64,000 nt of DNA, from assembly GCA_025603075.1 (NCBI GenBank), contig MU626263.1, positions 124,001 through 188,000 on the forward strand, written 5' to 3'. The first letter of the stretch is position 1; every line of letters begins with the position of its first letter. Made by a program: the position numbers and the translations under genes. The notes below the pieces were generated by a model. It was not told the origin of the DNA. It did not search any database and saw nothing but the letters and a program-made list of their open reading frames with translations. Shown here in pieces: positions 24,862-36,064 of this stretch. The stretch comes from Neoconidiobolus thromboides FSU 785. Lineage: Eukaryota > Fungi > Entomophthoromycota.

Positions 24862-25728
24862 CTATTTCTTAATTTTATAAGTACCACCATCCGTTTTATG
24901 TAAACGATCAAGGATGCCTAGTAAACCAAACACATAGTTAAATTTTTCATGGTGGTAATCGTGAGCTTTAGCAGGACGCAAATATGGAAGGTCGTAGCCT
25001 GAATGTACAGTAACGGTGTTAAAATTTACAAAAATTAACCAGAAATAAATGGTGAGAGGGTGAGATCTCAGTATTAAAGGGCCTATTGTTACAGGTAGCA
25101 AATTAGAAAATACAAATTCAGTTACAGTGACATAAACGGCTATTTAATTTAATAAATAATAATTAAAACATGAATTAAAATTACCTGCTAAACCAATGGG
25201 GGCAGTAAACTCATGGTGTAGCTTATGAAATCTCGTGTAAAATAAAGGATGGTGAAGTAATCGATGAATATAGTAAAATCCTATTTCAGCGATAAGTAAA
25301 CAAATGACAAGGTCCTTTAAAAATATCCACGATGTAGGTACTTGATTATAGTATTCCTTTGCTTGTTCAAATGAGGAATATCTAGGCGAGATGGGATGAA
25401 ACAAATAATGTACTAAAGAAGAACATGGAAGCGTAATCAACACATAGTTGAATAAAACAACTGGTAATGCTTTTTTGTAATCTTTGATAGCTTCTTTTTT
25501 ACATTTTTGTATCTTATATTGCGAATAATTAGTTGGATAATAAATGTCAATGATGTAAAATATAAAAGAAGAAACGAAATAGCTCAATAAAGCACTTAAA
25601 TATGAGCCAATTATTAATAAAGTGAAAGAATCAAACTTTGAACTTAACATATCCCACAGCTCTTGGCCTTTAAATTGCAAAAGTATCGAATAGCTAACTA
25701 CTGAAAATAATACAAATTCTCCAGCCAT
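24862..25728 (-). CDS. FAXDC2-like fatty-acid hydroxylase/sterol oxidase, copy C (intron 25140-25184)
   Basis: HRLLH, HKLHH, HSG and HDYHH are intact. Same intron position as copies A and B. Confidence 0.9.
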
Positions 25729-26689
25729 TATGTTGAATTTTTATAATTAAAGAAGAAAAATCAATTTTTTATATTTTTTAAATAAAAAGAAATAAGTGAT
25801 GCAATTTCTTTTAAGAGGTCAGTTTTTATCCCTATATTGTGACACTAGTGTTTACAGTTTGTTTGATTCAAATTTGCACTTGTTGAACCATAATTTTACA
25901 AAGGTATTTTTTATTAATTTGCAATAGCTTTTTAATAGTGTTTTTTTCAATTCAGTGTTTTCACCGTGTTTTTTAGTTTACATCAAATAGTCTGTTTTCT
26001 TCATATATAAAAAGAAATTAGGATAAAGACTGTAACCTAAAAAATCTAAAGCTTTAAACTATCACAAATATAAATAGGAGAAAAGATAGGAAAGCATAGT
26101 ATTTTAAATTGATGGACAGCCTTCATATCTTCATTCATAGTTTAAATAACATTTGAATAAAGTTGTTATATATCATACTATGGACAAAAATTTAAATTAT
26201 CATACGAGCATGTCTTTCTATGCTTAAGGATTTACTTATTTTTCTCACTCTTTTCGCTCAATGACGCTCAGAGTGGCTAAATAATAAGTTTCAGAAATAA
26301 TCTAACTTTTTGGGTTAAAGCTAATCTAAAGTTAATCTAAAGTTAGTGATTGCAATAGCAAATGTTTTTAATGTCTAAGGGTAAAATAATTTTCTGATAA
26401 AAGAAGGTAAATTATGACAATTCTATATTCTGAATAGATTGAATTTACTTAAAAAGTTAGATTACTCTAGAAATTACCTTATAAAATCGAAAAAGACATC
26501 CTCATATAATTTCCTTGATAATTAATAGAATTCTTAAACGATGAAATGTTCAAATAAACTAAAGTGAATAATGAACTGAATCATTGAATAAATAAAACTA
26601 TTAAGTAACTTTATAAATAAGCTACTAATTTTAATAAAATGGTAAAATCCTTAGTTATGACAGTAGTTACTATCTTGAATTAATATAGG

Positions 26690-26740
26690 TATGTCTTTTT
26701 TGCTTTTATTGCTTTATCCACTTTCTGAGCACAATTGAGC
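26690..26740. mobile_element. Degenerate half-copy of the MITE-like repeat, inverted and abutting the next copy
   Basis: ATGTCTTTTTTGCTTTTATTGCTTTATCCACTTTCTGAGCACAATTGAG resembles the left half of the family consensus. Confidence 0.45.
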
Positions 26741-26761
26741 AAATAAACTTAAAAACAAAGC

Positions 26762-26866
26762 ATATGGGGATATATTTTTTGTTTAAGAACTTTACTAACA
26801 ATCTTTCTACTCAAATAGCGCTCAAAAAACGGAGAAAGTAATGAAGACAATAAAACATCCTCATAT
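26762..26866. mobile_element. MITE-like repeat copy
   Basis: ATAT-GGGGATATATTTTTTG ... CTCAAATAGCGCTCAAAAAACGGAGAAAG ... AAAACATCCTC-ATAT. Confidence 0.78.
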
Positions 26867-28621
26867 ATTTTTTCTTAAAGACCAATAAGATCTAAGTGAC
26901 ATATGAAAAAAGTTAAAAAAGTTAAAAAGTTAAAGAGCATATAAAATCATTAGTGGTAAGGCTGCGGGTTAAAAATGAGACAACGAAGTTAATTTCTAAA
27001 GTCTACTTTAGCATAAAGCGACCTTATTTTAAATTAGAAAGGATTATAGCTGGATGGTTTAATTTCGGTTCTATACGGTGCATTTACCAAGGAAGAGGTG
27101 AGACAACTGTAGATAAAAGTGTAGAAAGAGCTTCAAAAGAAAATCAACCTTGAAATATCTAATAAAAGATCTCTCTTAATTGAGGGTGGGGTTATCTAAA
27201 AAAAGAGATTTATAGTGAAAGTTTTTATTACAGTTGTGTACCCCTGGGATTCTATTTTTGAAAAAAAATACGAACTTATCTATAAAAAAATACTTTAGAA
27301 AAGACTCCTTTATTTACTATCAATATCCTTAATAGTATTTCAAACTAGTCATTTCTTTTGGGACTGATACAGAAAGAACTTTACTAACTATTAACTGTTG
27401 ACTATTAACTATGTTTTAAAAAATACAAAATTTTAAAGTCATATAAATGGAAGTCGTGTGTTTGAACAAAATTATACATAAATTTAAGCTGGAAAAATGT
27501 TAAATAGAAATTACACCATTTATAAAAAACAATAAAAAACAATAATTAAATCAATTAATTTTTATATATTATCATTTATTAAATCAAAGATAAAAAATCT
27601 ATCACTTGATCTTTACCGTCATTTTAGTAAAACATTGCTACAAAAAGTTAAAAAAATGAGTTTAAGGGAGAATTAAAAACAGTATAAGGAATTTAAAGCA
27701 AAAAATAAGAAAAAGTAATCAAGTAAAAAATACTGGGGTTAAAAAGGAGTAAAAAAAAGAGTAAACTTCAAAACTAAAAACACCCCTATTTTAAGCTTAA
27801 AGCGTTAATATAGTCTTATTTTAAATATTAAATTTTTTTATTTAACATTCAAAATCTGGGGTCAATTTTTTAATGAGTTTTTCCCCTTAAATTTATGGTT
27901 GTAATCTTTTTCTATCATTTTTGAATCTTCGTCTATTTGAATAGTAATAAAATCAAAAAATTTAATATGAATAGATTTGTAGTTTATTTAAATAAATATG
28001 TCACATTTTGTTTACTGATTGAATAGAAATTAAATATAACTTGAATGAATCCGAGGAACAAAATGTGAGTCCAATAGTAACTAATATTCTCGAATTGATT
28101 TTACTATAAAAATCTAAAAAATAAATCATAAGTTAAATGATTGGTGGCTATTCGTATTATTCCCTTTTAATTGGTTAACTAAATAACCTTTATTAATTTT
28201 ATTAAGTTGCGATCCATCAAATGGAACGGGAAATTTCTAAATTAAGTTTTAATAAGAAAAAAAATGGCAACTTTGGGATTGATTTAAATAAATAAGGTTA
28301 ATAATGTCCCCTTTTACCCAACATTTGACTCAAAAGTTACTTAGGGATAAATTAAATATAGTAACAAGAATTTTTAATATAAATAGGTGAACAAAGTATT
28401 AATCGATGAAAGTAATTTAATAAATTTAACTTCTTTCTTTTAAATTTATAAGTTGTTTGTTGATGAATCAATTATTATAATTTAATATTAATAATACAAA
28501 AACATCAATAATATTAATTCAATATAAAATATTAATAATATAACTCAATTTCATTTTTACTCTATTTTAATTTTATTAAAACTCAATACTTATCATTATT
28601 ACTATTAACTCAACTTTTATT

Positions 28622-29806
28622 ATGAATCAATTATTTAAACGCTGTGCTGGTCAAGTTAAAGTGAATGTATCAAATGAAATTATATTTTTTGGATGTCCTG
28701 AAGAAGCAAATCCTGTAAGTTTATATGGACAAGTAGAGATCCCCCATCATTTATTAAGAGATTTATCAAGTCGCTGTGTGTTATTAAGATTAAATGGGTA
28801 TGCTAAAGTATTTTGGGATGAAGAATGTTCTTATTTTGCTATTATGGCCAGTCGTAAAAGGTTGGTTTGGCAAGAACAAACACTAGTTATTAGCTCTGAT
28901 GTTACTGTTCATGATTCTCAATTAAATTTAGAAGCAAGTTCCAATGATACTAATAGAGATTATCATCATTCATTTCCGTTTCATTTTACTGTAGAAGGTC
29001 ATTTACCAAGTTCTTTTGGTCATTTTAATGATTGTATATCTTATTCAGTAGATTTAGTTATCCTATATGATTCTTTTAATTCGAATGGTCAATTAGAAAA
29101 CAAAGAAGAAGTGATTGCTTCTCGTCCATTTTTAGTACGTAGATGTATATTACCAACTATGTTACCTTCCTTACTAACAGGTTCAAATAATACAGCTTAT
29201 TCCGAAAATACATCTACTCGTAGTTCAAGTCCAGATTTAGTAGAAACTTATACTCATCCAAATCCAACAATACCTACTAATTTTATAACATCACCTCATT
29301 TACAACCCATGTTAGGTGATCCAAGTTTAAGTGAAAAATGGGTAGGTGTTTTTGAAGGTATTAGTTATTGTGTAGTTACACCTTCTTGTATGATTATGGG
29401 AGATAATGAATTAAGTTTTAAATTATTATTATCTAATAAAGGAAGTCCATCTACCACGTGTGCTTATCTCAGTGCCTCGTTAAAACAAACAGTATATTGT
29501 CAAATTAGTGAAGGTGAAAGTGAATTAATATCTGGAAGAATGTTTTCAAAGACACAACCTATAACTATATCTAAAACAAATAGTAATCAAAAAATAGGCT
29601 TAGATGTTAAACAGGAAACGGCGTTACAAGTCCGATTACCACTTTCTGATAAATTATTTGAGGATTTAGATTGTGAATTAATTAGAGTTAGTCATCATAT
29701 TAAATTAAAATTAAAATTTTCAAGGTTTAGTAAAAGAAAATTAGAGTTAAATTTTCCAATTACTGTTACTTCCTTACAAGATTTACCCCCACCTTATGAA
29801 CTTTAA
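28622..29806 (+). CDS. Alpha-arrestin (ART/ARRDC-like) ubiquitin-ligase adaptor, intronless
   Basis: Arrestin-N pattern FPFHFTVEGHLPSSFG..CISYSV, arrestin-C pattern DLDCELIRVSHHIKLKLKF..LELNFPITV, and a C-terminal PPxY motif (LPPPYE). Confidence 0.8.
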   Translation: MNQLFKRCAGQVKVNVSNEIIFFGCPEEANPVSLYGQVEIPHHLLRDLSSRCVLLRLNGYAKVFWDEECSYFAIMASRKRLVWQEQTLVISSDVTVHDSQLNLEASSNDTNRDYHHSFPFHFTVEGHLPSSFGHFNDCISYSVDLVILYDSFNSNGQLENKEEVIASRPFLVRRCILPTMLPSLLTGSNNTAYSENTSTRSSSPDLVETYTHPNPTIPTNFITSPHLQPMLGDPSLSEKWVGVFEGISYCVVTPSCMIMGDNELSFKLLLSNKGSPSTTCAYLSASLKQTVYCQISEGESELISGRMFSKTQPITISKTNSNQKIGLDVKQETALQVRLPLSDKLFEDLDCELIRVSHHIKLKLKFSRFSKRKLELNFPITVTSLQDLPPPYEL

Positions 29807-30418
29807 GTAATGACCTTAAAGGTTTGAAATATTTTTGTTATCAACTACTCTGCATTGTTTTTTTATCAGTTATTAATTTATTGCTTGAAATAAAGTTTGC
29901 TTATTAAAAATAGATCATTTTATTGATTTTACATTTTGTTAAGAACACCATATCAGTAATTATAAAGCTTTAATAAAAGCGATTTTTTAAATATGTAAAA
30001 GATTATAGCATATATCATATTATTATATTATAAACTAAAACAACATAGAATTTATTTATACTTTAACTATAATAAAATTAAAAAATAGACTAACACAACT
30101 TGGAATACAATATAATTATTAATACTAATTATGTGGTTCTAGACCTAAAATGTAATATATCATTTTTCATTTAGTTGGTAAATTAATTTTTAAGTGGTGT
30201 TTTCAAGTGGTGTAAATAGAATTTTGAAGTGTTTATCTTACTAAATAATTCATTAAATAATTTCTTTATTATGTAAACGTTTTAAGTTTAAGAATTTGAT
30301 ATATTGTTAAAGGAAACTAATATAATAAAGTTTAAAACTCCTCCACAAATATTCAAGCTTACATGTTAAACAATAAAATAGTTGATATATTAAAATTAAA
30401 TTCTAGTAGAAGTAAAAA

Positions 30419-30520
30419 TAGTAGGAGTGTTTTTTGACTTCATTATTTTTTCCATTTTTAAGCGCTATTTAGGTGGAAAAATTGTTAGTGAAGTTCTTAA
30501 ACATAAATACACCCTCAAAT
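30419..30520. mobile_element. MITE-like repeat copy
   Basis: GGAGTGTTTTTTGACTTCATTATTTTTTCCATTTTTAAGCGCTATTTAGGTGGAAAAATTGTTAG ... AAATACACCCTC. Confidence 0.75.
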
Positions 30521-31084
30521 ATTTTTTTTAGTGTAAAGATTTTAAGAACTTAAGCTGTTTAAAAATTGAAAAACGTACTTAGATGGAAAATACAATAATT
30601 TAAAAAAAACTAATAAATTAATAGAATCTTCTCAATATGTAAAATGATAAAGTGATAAAACAAATATAATTAATTTTTAACAGGTTTAATATTGAAGTTT
30701 CATACAATATTTTTATTTAAGAATCTAATAGCATTAAATGTATTGAAGCCAATATTTCTCTAATAAAAATTGCATTCTTTATCAAAAAGTATAACCTAAT
30801 TTCAACTTAAAAGCCCCTCCATATTTTTACACTAATTTCAACTTAATCTTTCTAATGGCCCAAAAAATAGCGCAATCAATAATTTCCACCCAAAGGCTAA
30901 AACGAATTTGTTTTAATTTTGGGCAACTTGAAGTTAGCTTTAAGCTTAACTAAAAAAACAAGGGATTTAACCCAAAAGGATCATTAACTTGTAACCGCTT
31001 ATAAAAAGTTACCTCATCAACATCAACTTGTTTTTTTATACATACCTTATTTTATTAAATATTTTATTAACAAATTTCAAAACG

Positions 31085-33580
31085 ATGCAAAAAGTCACTT
31101 TTAATGATTTTAAAGATAAACCCTTAGCTATATTATGTCATGATTTTACAAGGATAACTGGTTTAGCTCACTCATTGAATACAAATTCTGGTTGCCTGAC
31201 ATTGAGAAATGGTAAGATTAAAAGAATCATTGTAATTTGTACATTTAAATAATAAATAATAAATATCAAAAAAATATTTAACAAATGTTATTTAGCTATT
31301 AAGTTCATCAATGGATTTCAATCCCCTTGTCCTTATCTTGATATTAAAAGAGACCAAATTTGGGAACTTTGTTTTATACCAGAGACTGACAAATTAGATG
31401 TTATGCCAGAAGATAAATGCTTTAAAAATGCTTTAGGAAATAGAAGTAAATTGGATAAAGATAATCAATCGAATCAAGCTAGCAAAGATCGTAAGAAAGG
31501 AGAAGATATTATTGGAGGTAAAAATAAAGATAATAAAAAAGCAGTAGATAAAGGAGTAGATAAAGCTAAAGTAAGCATTGGCTGATTTAATACTATTTAT
31601 TAATTTTAATATAGAATCATATTGCAAAAGGTGTTAAACAAAATTTAAATAGAGGATATAGGTAAGTTTTAAATACAATCTAAAAATAGAAATAATAGTA
31701 ATGTAATTTATTTAGTTCGGACGATAATCTAAGTAAAGAGATTGAAGTAATAGATAATACATATAGAAAGAATTGAATTAACGTTAATATTAACAATAGA
31801 GTATTAATATCAATATAAATTATTCCGATTATGAACCAAGTAGTGTGGATAAAGAAACGAAATTAAAGAATAAACAAAGGAACAATAATGCGAATAAGAA
31901 TAATAAAATGCTTCATCTAAATAGTAATAGTGGAAGGAATAAGAATAGTAACAATAACAATAACAATAACAATAACAATAACAAATCATCCAATAATGTT
32001 AAATATAATAATGTAATTTTAAATAGTAAATAATATAATTAAAATACAATAACAGCTATTTTTTTTATATAGAATTATAATAATAATAATTATAACAATA
32101 AAAAGAAGAATGGAAAAAATAACAATTATGAAGATATACCTTGGATGAATCAAAATATTGATGAATTAGATGGTCATTTTGATTTTGTTAAATATTTAGG
32201 AGAATTTGATAAAAAAGGAGAATTTGGAAAAATTAAAGTATTATAATTAATATAATTCAAATAATAATAGGAATTTAAATAATAATAATAATAGGAAAAT
32301 GATACAGTAGATCCCAAAGATAGATTGGTTTATTTTAATCGTAAGCCTAAATTAGAGAATCAAAGTGAAGGTCAAACAAATATTTGTCAATCATCAAGTG
32401 TACAAAAAAATTACAAAAACACAGAAATGGTATTATCTGATAGTATTTATCAACCAAGAACTAAAAATAAAAATAAAAACGTATTTTTTACTGAAAGTGG
32501 TATTTATGTTCCTACAATTGATAAAAATACTATGATAAATGCAGAAACTATAACCGGTAATTTTATTATAGTAATTATAACGTGTAAATATACTTAATGA
32601 GTTATTTAATTTTAGTTAATGAAATGGGACCTAATCAATCTCAATTATTTGAAAATGGTGGTAGAAGTATTTGTTTAATGGCTATTAAAGCTATTGGTAA
32701 TAATTGAATTGAATAATAAATAATAAATAATAAATAATAAAATCATTGAATATTTAAGGAGGACCACGTCGACTTCGACCAGATAATCATAATACACCAC
32801 CAGTGATTGTATTATTAGTTGGTAATAATAAAGCAGGTATTTATGGGTTATGTGCTGGAAGACATTTAGCTTCAAGAGGTTGTGAGGTTATTTGTTTGTT
32901 AGTTGGGAATCAAGATAGTGAATTTAATAAGGTGATTTAATTTAATTTAATGAGTTATAGGTCATAAATTTATTTATATTTTATACTTATAGGATTTATT
33001 AGAACAATATAAATATACTCAATATTCAGGAGTTAAAATGATTAATTCAATTCAAAGTAAGCTATTATTTAAGTAATATGTAATATATTATTTACTTATA
33101 TATCATTATAGAATTACCAAATCCATTAAAACAACCTATTGATCTTATTATTGATGGCTTATTAGGTTATGAATATTCAATAAATTCTATATCATTACAA
33201 TTTGAACAACAATTAATAAATGAGCTTATTTCATGGGTAAATAATTCTCAAACACCCGCATTATCTATTGATTTACCTGCCGGTTTATTATTAGAGAAAG
33301 GTAATTTAATAATAGCAATTGTCATAAATAAATGACAACTAATTATTTTTTTTTAAATTTAGGTTCAATAGTAACTTCCAATAATAATAGTATATTACCT
33401 AAATGGACAATTGCTTTAGGCGCCCCACAAAAAATGGTCCAATATCGTCATTTGATTGGTGAATTATTTTTAGGGGATATTGGTATCCCTAATAAAGTTT
33501 GGGAAAGAGTTGGCATTTCTAGTTGGCAACCACCTTTTGGAGCTACTTATCTTATTCGTTTGGATTTTATTGAAGAATAA
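31085..33580 (+). CDS. EDC3: Enhancer of mRNA decapping Edc3 (LSm + low-complexity + FDF + YjeF_N), multi-exon
   Basis: N-terminal LSm-like exon, an Asn-rich linker with (AACAAT)n near 31945-31985, FDF motif DGHFDFVKYLGEFDKK, and YjeF_N segments FENGGRSICLMA and VGNNKAGIYGLCAGRHLASRG. Confidence 0.88.
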
Positions 33581-33646
33581 AATTGAATAACTTTCTCTAC
33601 AAATTTTGATAATAATTATAAAACTATTTCGATATAATAACACTAT

Positions 33647-34572
33647 TCATTCTTTTATTTCATTATTAAAAATAAAATTCTTTAACTTTGAATAAGCTTT
33701 ATCTAAGTCATCATTAACGATAATACAATCATGGGCATTGGGTTCTTTTGAATAATCTAATTCAGCTTTGGAAGCTTTTAATCGATTTTGAATTGCTTCT
33801 TCAGTTTCAGTACCTCGAGATCTTAATCTTTGTTCTAATATTTCAATACTAGGTGGGGAAATAAATATGAATCGAGCATCTAATGAAGTTTGTTTGACTT
33901 GTTTAACGCCTTGCTATATTATTATAAGGAGGGGTTAATTTTTTAATATAGAAATGCAGTAAATTATAAAATGAGTTACCATATCAATGTCCAATATACA
34001 AATTTTCCCATGATTAGTAACATTATTTACAGCTTCAATAGAAGTACCTAAATTCAAATTTCAATTTCAATGTCTAATACATAATAAATAGTAAATAGTA
34101 ACCATTTTGATTTAAACTTACCATACATATTTCCTGAAAAAGTAGCATGCTCAATAAACTTTCCTTGTTGAATTTCATTTTCCATAACAGATTTTTCTAC
34201 GAAATAATAATGTTTTCCATCTTCTTCACCAGCTCGTGGTTTTCTAGTAGTATCTATTAAAATCCATTTTTAGTCAAGTTACAGTGAATTGATTTTCAAA
34301 ATCCTTATATGTTATTATTATTATTATTTGTTTTTCATTTTTTTACTATGAACGTGTGATATTATCTTTAAAGATAGATAACTGAAACTTACGTGAAACA
34401 CTGAAACCAAATTTATCAGGATATTCTTTAAATAATAAATTTAATAATGTACTTTTGCCACTTCCACTAGGGCCTGAGAGTACTATTGGTCCTATATTAT
34501 AACTATATCAAAAAAAACTTAAACATTTAATTATTAAAATTTACTTTTAGTTATTTGTGAAACACTACTCAT
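33647..34572 (-). CDS. GUK1: Guanylate kinase, multi-exon
   Basis: [61 protein letters not shown] and [14 protein letters not shown]. Confidence 0.95.
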
Positions 34573-35282
34573 CTAAATAATAAAATTTTTTATAATTAAT
34601 ATTAATATAATTATAGCTATATAATATTCGATTTTAACTTCAAATCCAATCTGTTTTAATTATTTTAATTATTTTAATTATTATCATCATTACTTTACGT
34701 AAACTAAATTTGAAATTATTAAAAAGCATACTTTTTATATATATAAAATTTAATCTCTTTTTTTAAAACGTTACTATTTTTATATTAAATTACGTAAATT
34801 AATTGATTGATTAATGGGTTATTTGATTGGTTTCTTAACAAATTTGCAATATAATTGAGTAAGTTAGTTTTTTAAATTTGGAATATAGAAGTCATAAATA
34901 ACAGTAATTTATAATATAAAAATTACAAATAAATTTAATTTTTAAAAATGATCAAATATTTTAATATATTAAAACACAGTAATACACTTTTAAAATTCAT
35001 CAAATTTAGATCAAAACTACACTTCAACTTATTCACTATGAATTATTTTGTATCTAATTGATTAGCTTAAATCACTAAGAAAATTTAAACTCGAAATTCC
35101 TAACATAAACATTTGACATCATAAAAATCTCCACCAATAGCCAATGACTTTCAATTTTTCAATTTTAAAAAGAAAATAAACTTCCAATTTACCATGAACT
35201 TTATTAAAAAATAGGTCAAAAAATCACCAAGATAAAAGTATAATTCAAATCTAAAAAATAAATAAAATAAACAATAAATATC

Positions 35283-35939
35283 ATGTGCTTTCGTCAACTC
35301 ATAAAATACAAGCATATTAATTTAAGATTTCATTTATTGAAATCAAGTCAACCTACCTTTCAGTATGCTATTTCATCCAAGCATGCAGCTTACTCAACTA
35401 CTGTTACTCCATCTTCACCTTTATCTCCTTTAGATAAACAAAATATTGCTATCCAAAGAGAATTACCTCAAATAAAAAACACACGAAACCAAACAATAGC
35501 TATTATTTTAGGAGGCATTGCACTTTGGGCCACTGCTTTAAGTTTAGCCTTTAACTATCAAAAAAAGAATACATCCATAGTTAAAGCCACTTTATTTGCT
35601 GTGAAATATAATGAAAACACAAAACAGTTACTTGGAGAAGATATTCAATTTGTAGATTATCCTTGGATTTCCGGAGATATCAATCATATGAAGGGAAACG
35701 TGGATTTTTCCTATTGGGTAAAAGGAAGTTATGGTAATAAGCTTTTTAAATATGTTTTAATTATAATTGTGAGATTAACAAGATATTGTTTAGGTAAACA
35801 AGCTAAAGTTTTATTTCAAAGTAAAAGAGTAAAAGGTGTTTGGACACCAAGTTTATTTCAAATTGAAACGGAAGGTAAAGTAATTTCTTTATTACAAGAA
35901 AGTGATATTATCGAACAATTGGCTTCTATAGAAAAATAA
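35283..35939 (+). CDS. COA1: Cytochrome c oxidase assembly factor Coa1-like, probably with one in-frame intron near 35735-35791
   Basis: Presequence-like N-terminus, a single TM helix, then LFAVKYNENTKQLLGEDI and PWISGDINHMKGNVDFSYWVKG typical of the Coa1 family. Confidence 0.78.
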   Translation: MCFRQLIKYKHINLRFHLLKSSQPTFQYAISSKHAAYSTTVTPSSPLSPLDKQNIAIQRELPQIKNTRNQTIAIILGGIALWATALSLAFNYQKKNTSIVKATLFAVKYNENTKQLLGEDIQFVDYPWISGDINHMKGNVDFSYWVKGSYGNKLFKYVLIIIVRLTRYCLGKQAKVLFQSKRVKGVWTPSLFQIETEGKVISLLQESDIIEQLASIEK

Positions 35940-35944
35940 ATTTT

Positions 35945-36032
35945 TTAGTTTTTTGATTCCTTTTGTAATAGTAGCCAATTTATAAATTTCCATATTTTAG
36001 TAGCCTATTTGAAATAACAACATTAATAATTC

Positions 36033-36064
<32 letters not shown>

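Noticed and set aside
26953-27153. 66-aa ORF in a slightly GC-richer intergenic patch
   Set aside because: No ATG start, no recognisable motif and no splice context. It may be a TE scrap but I cannot support that.
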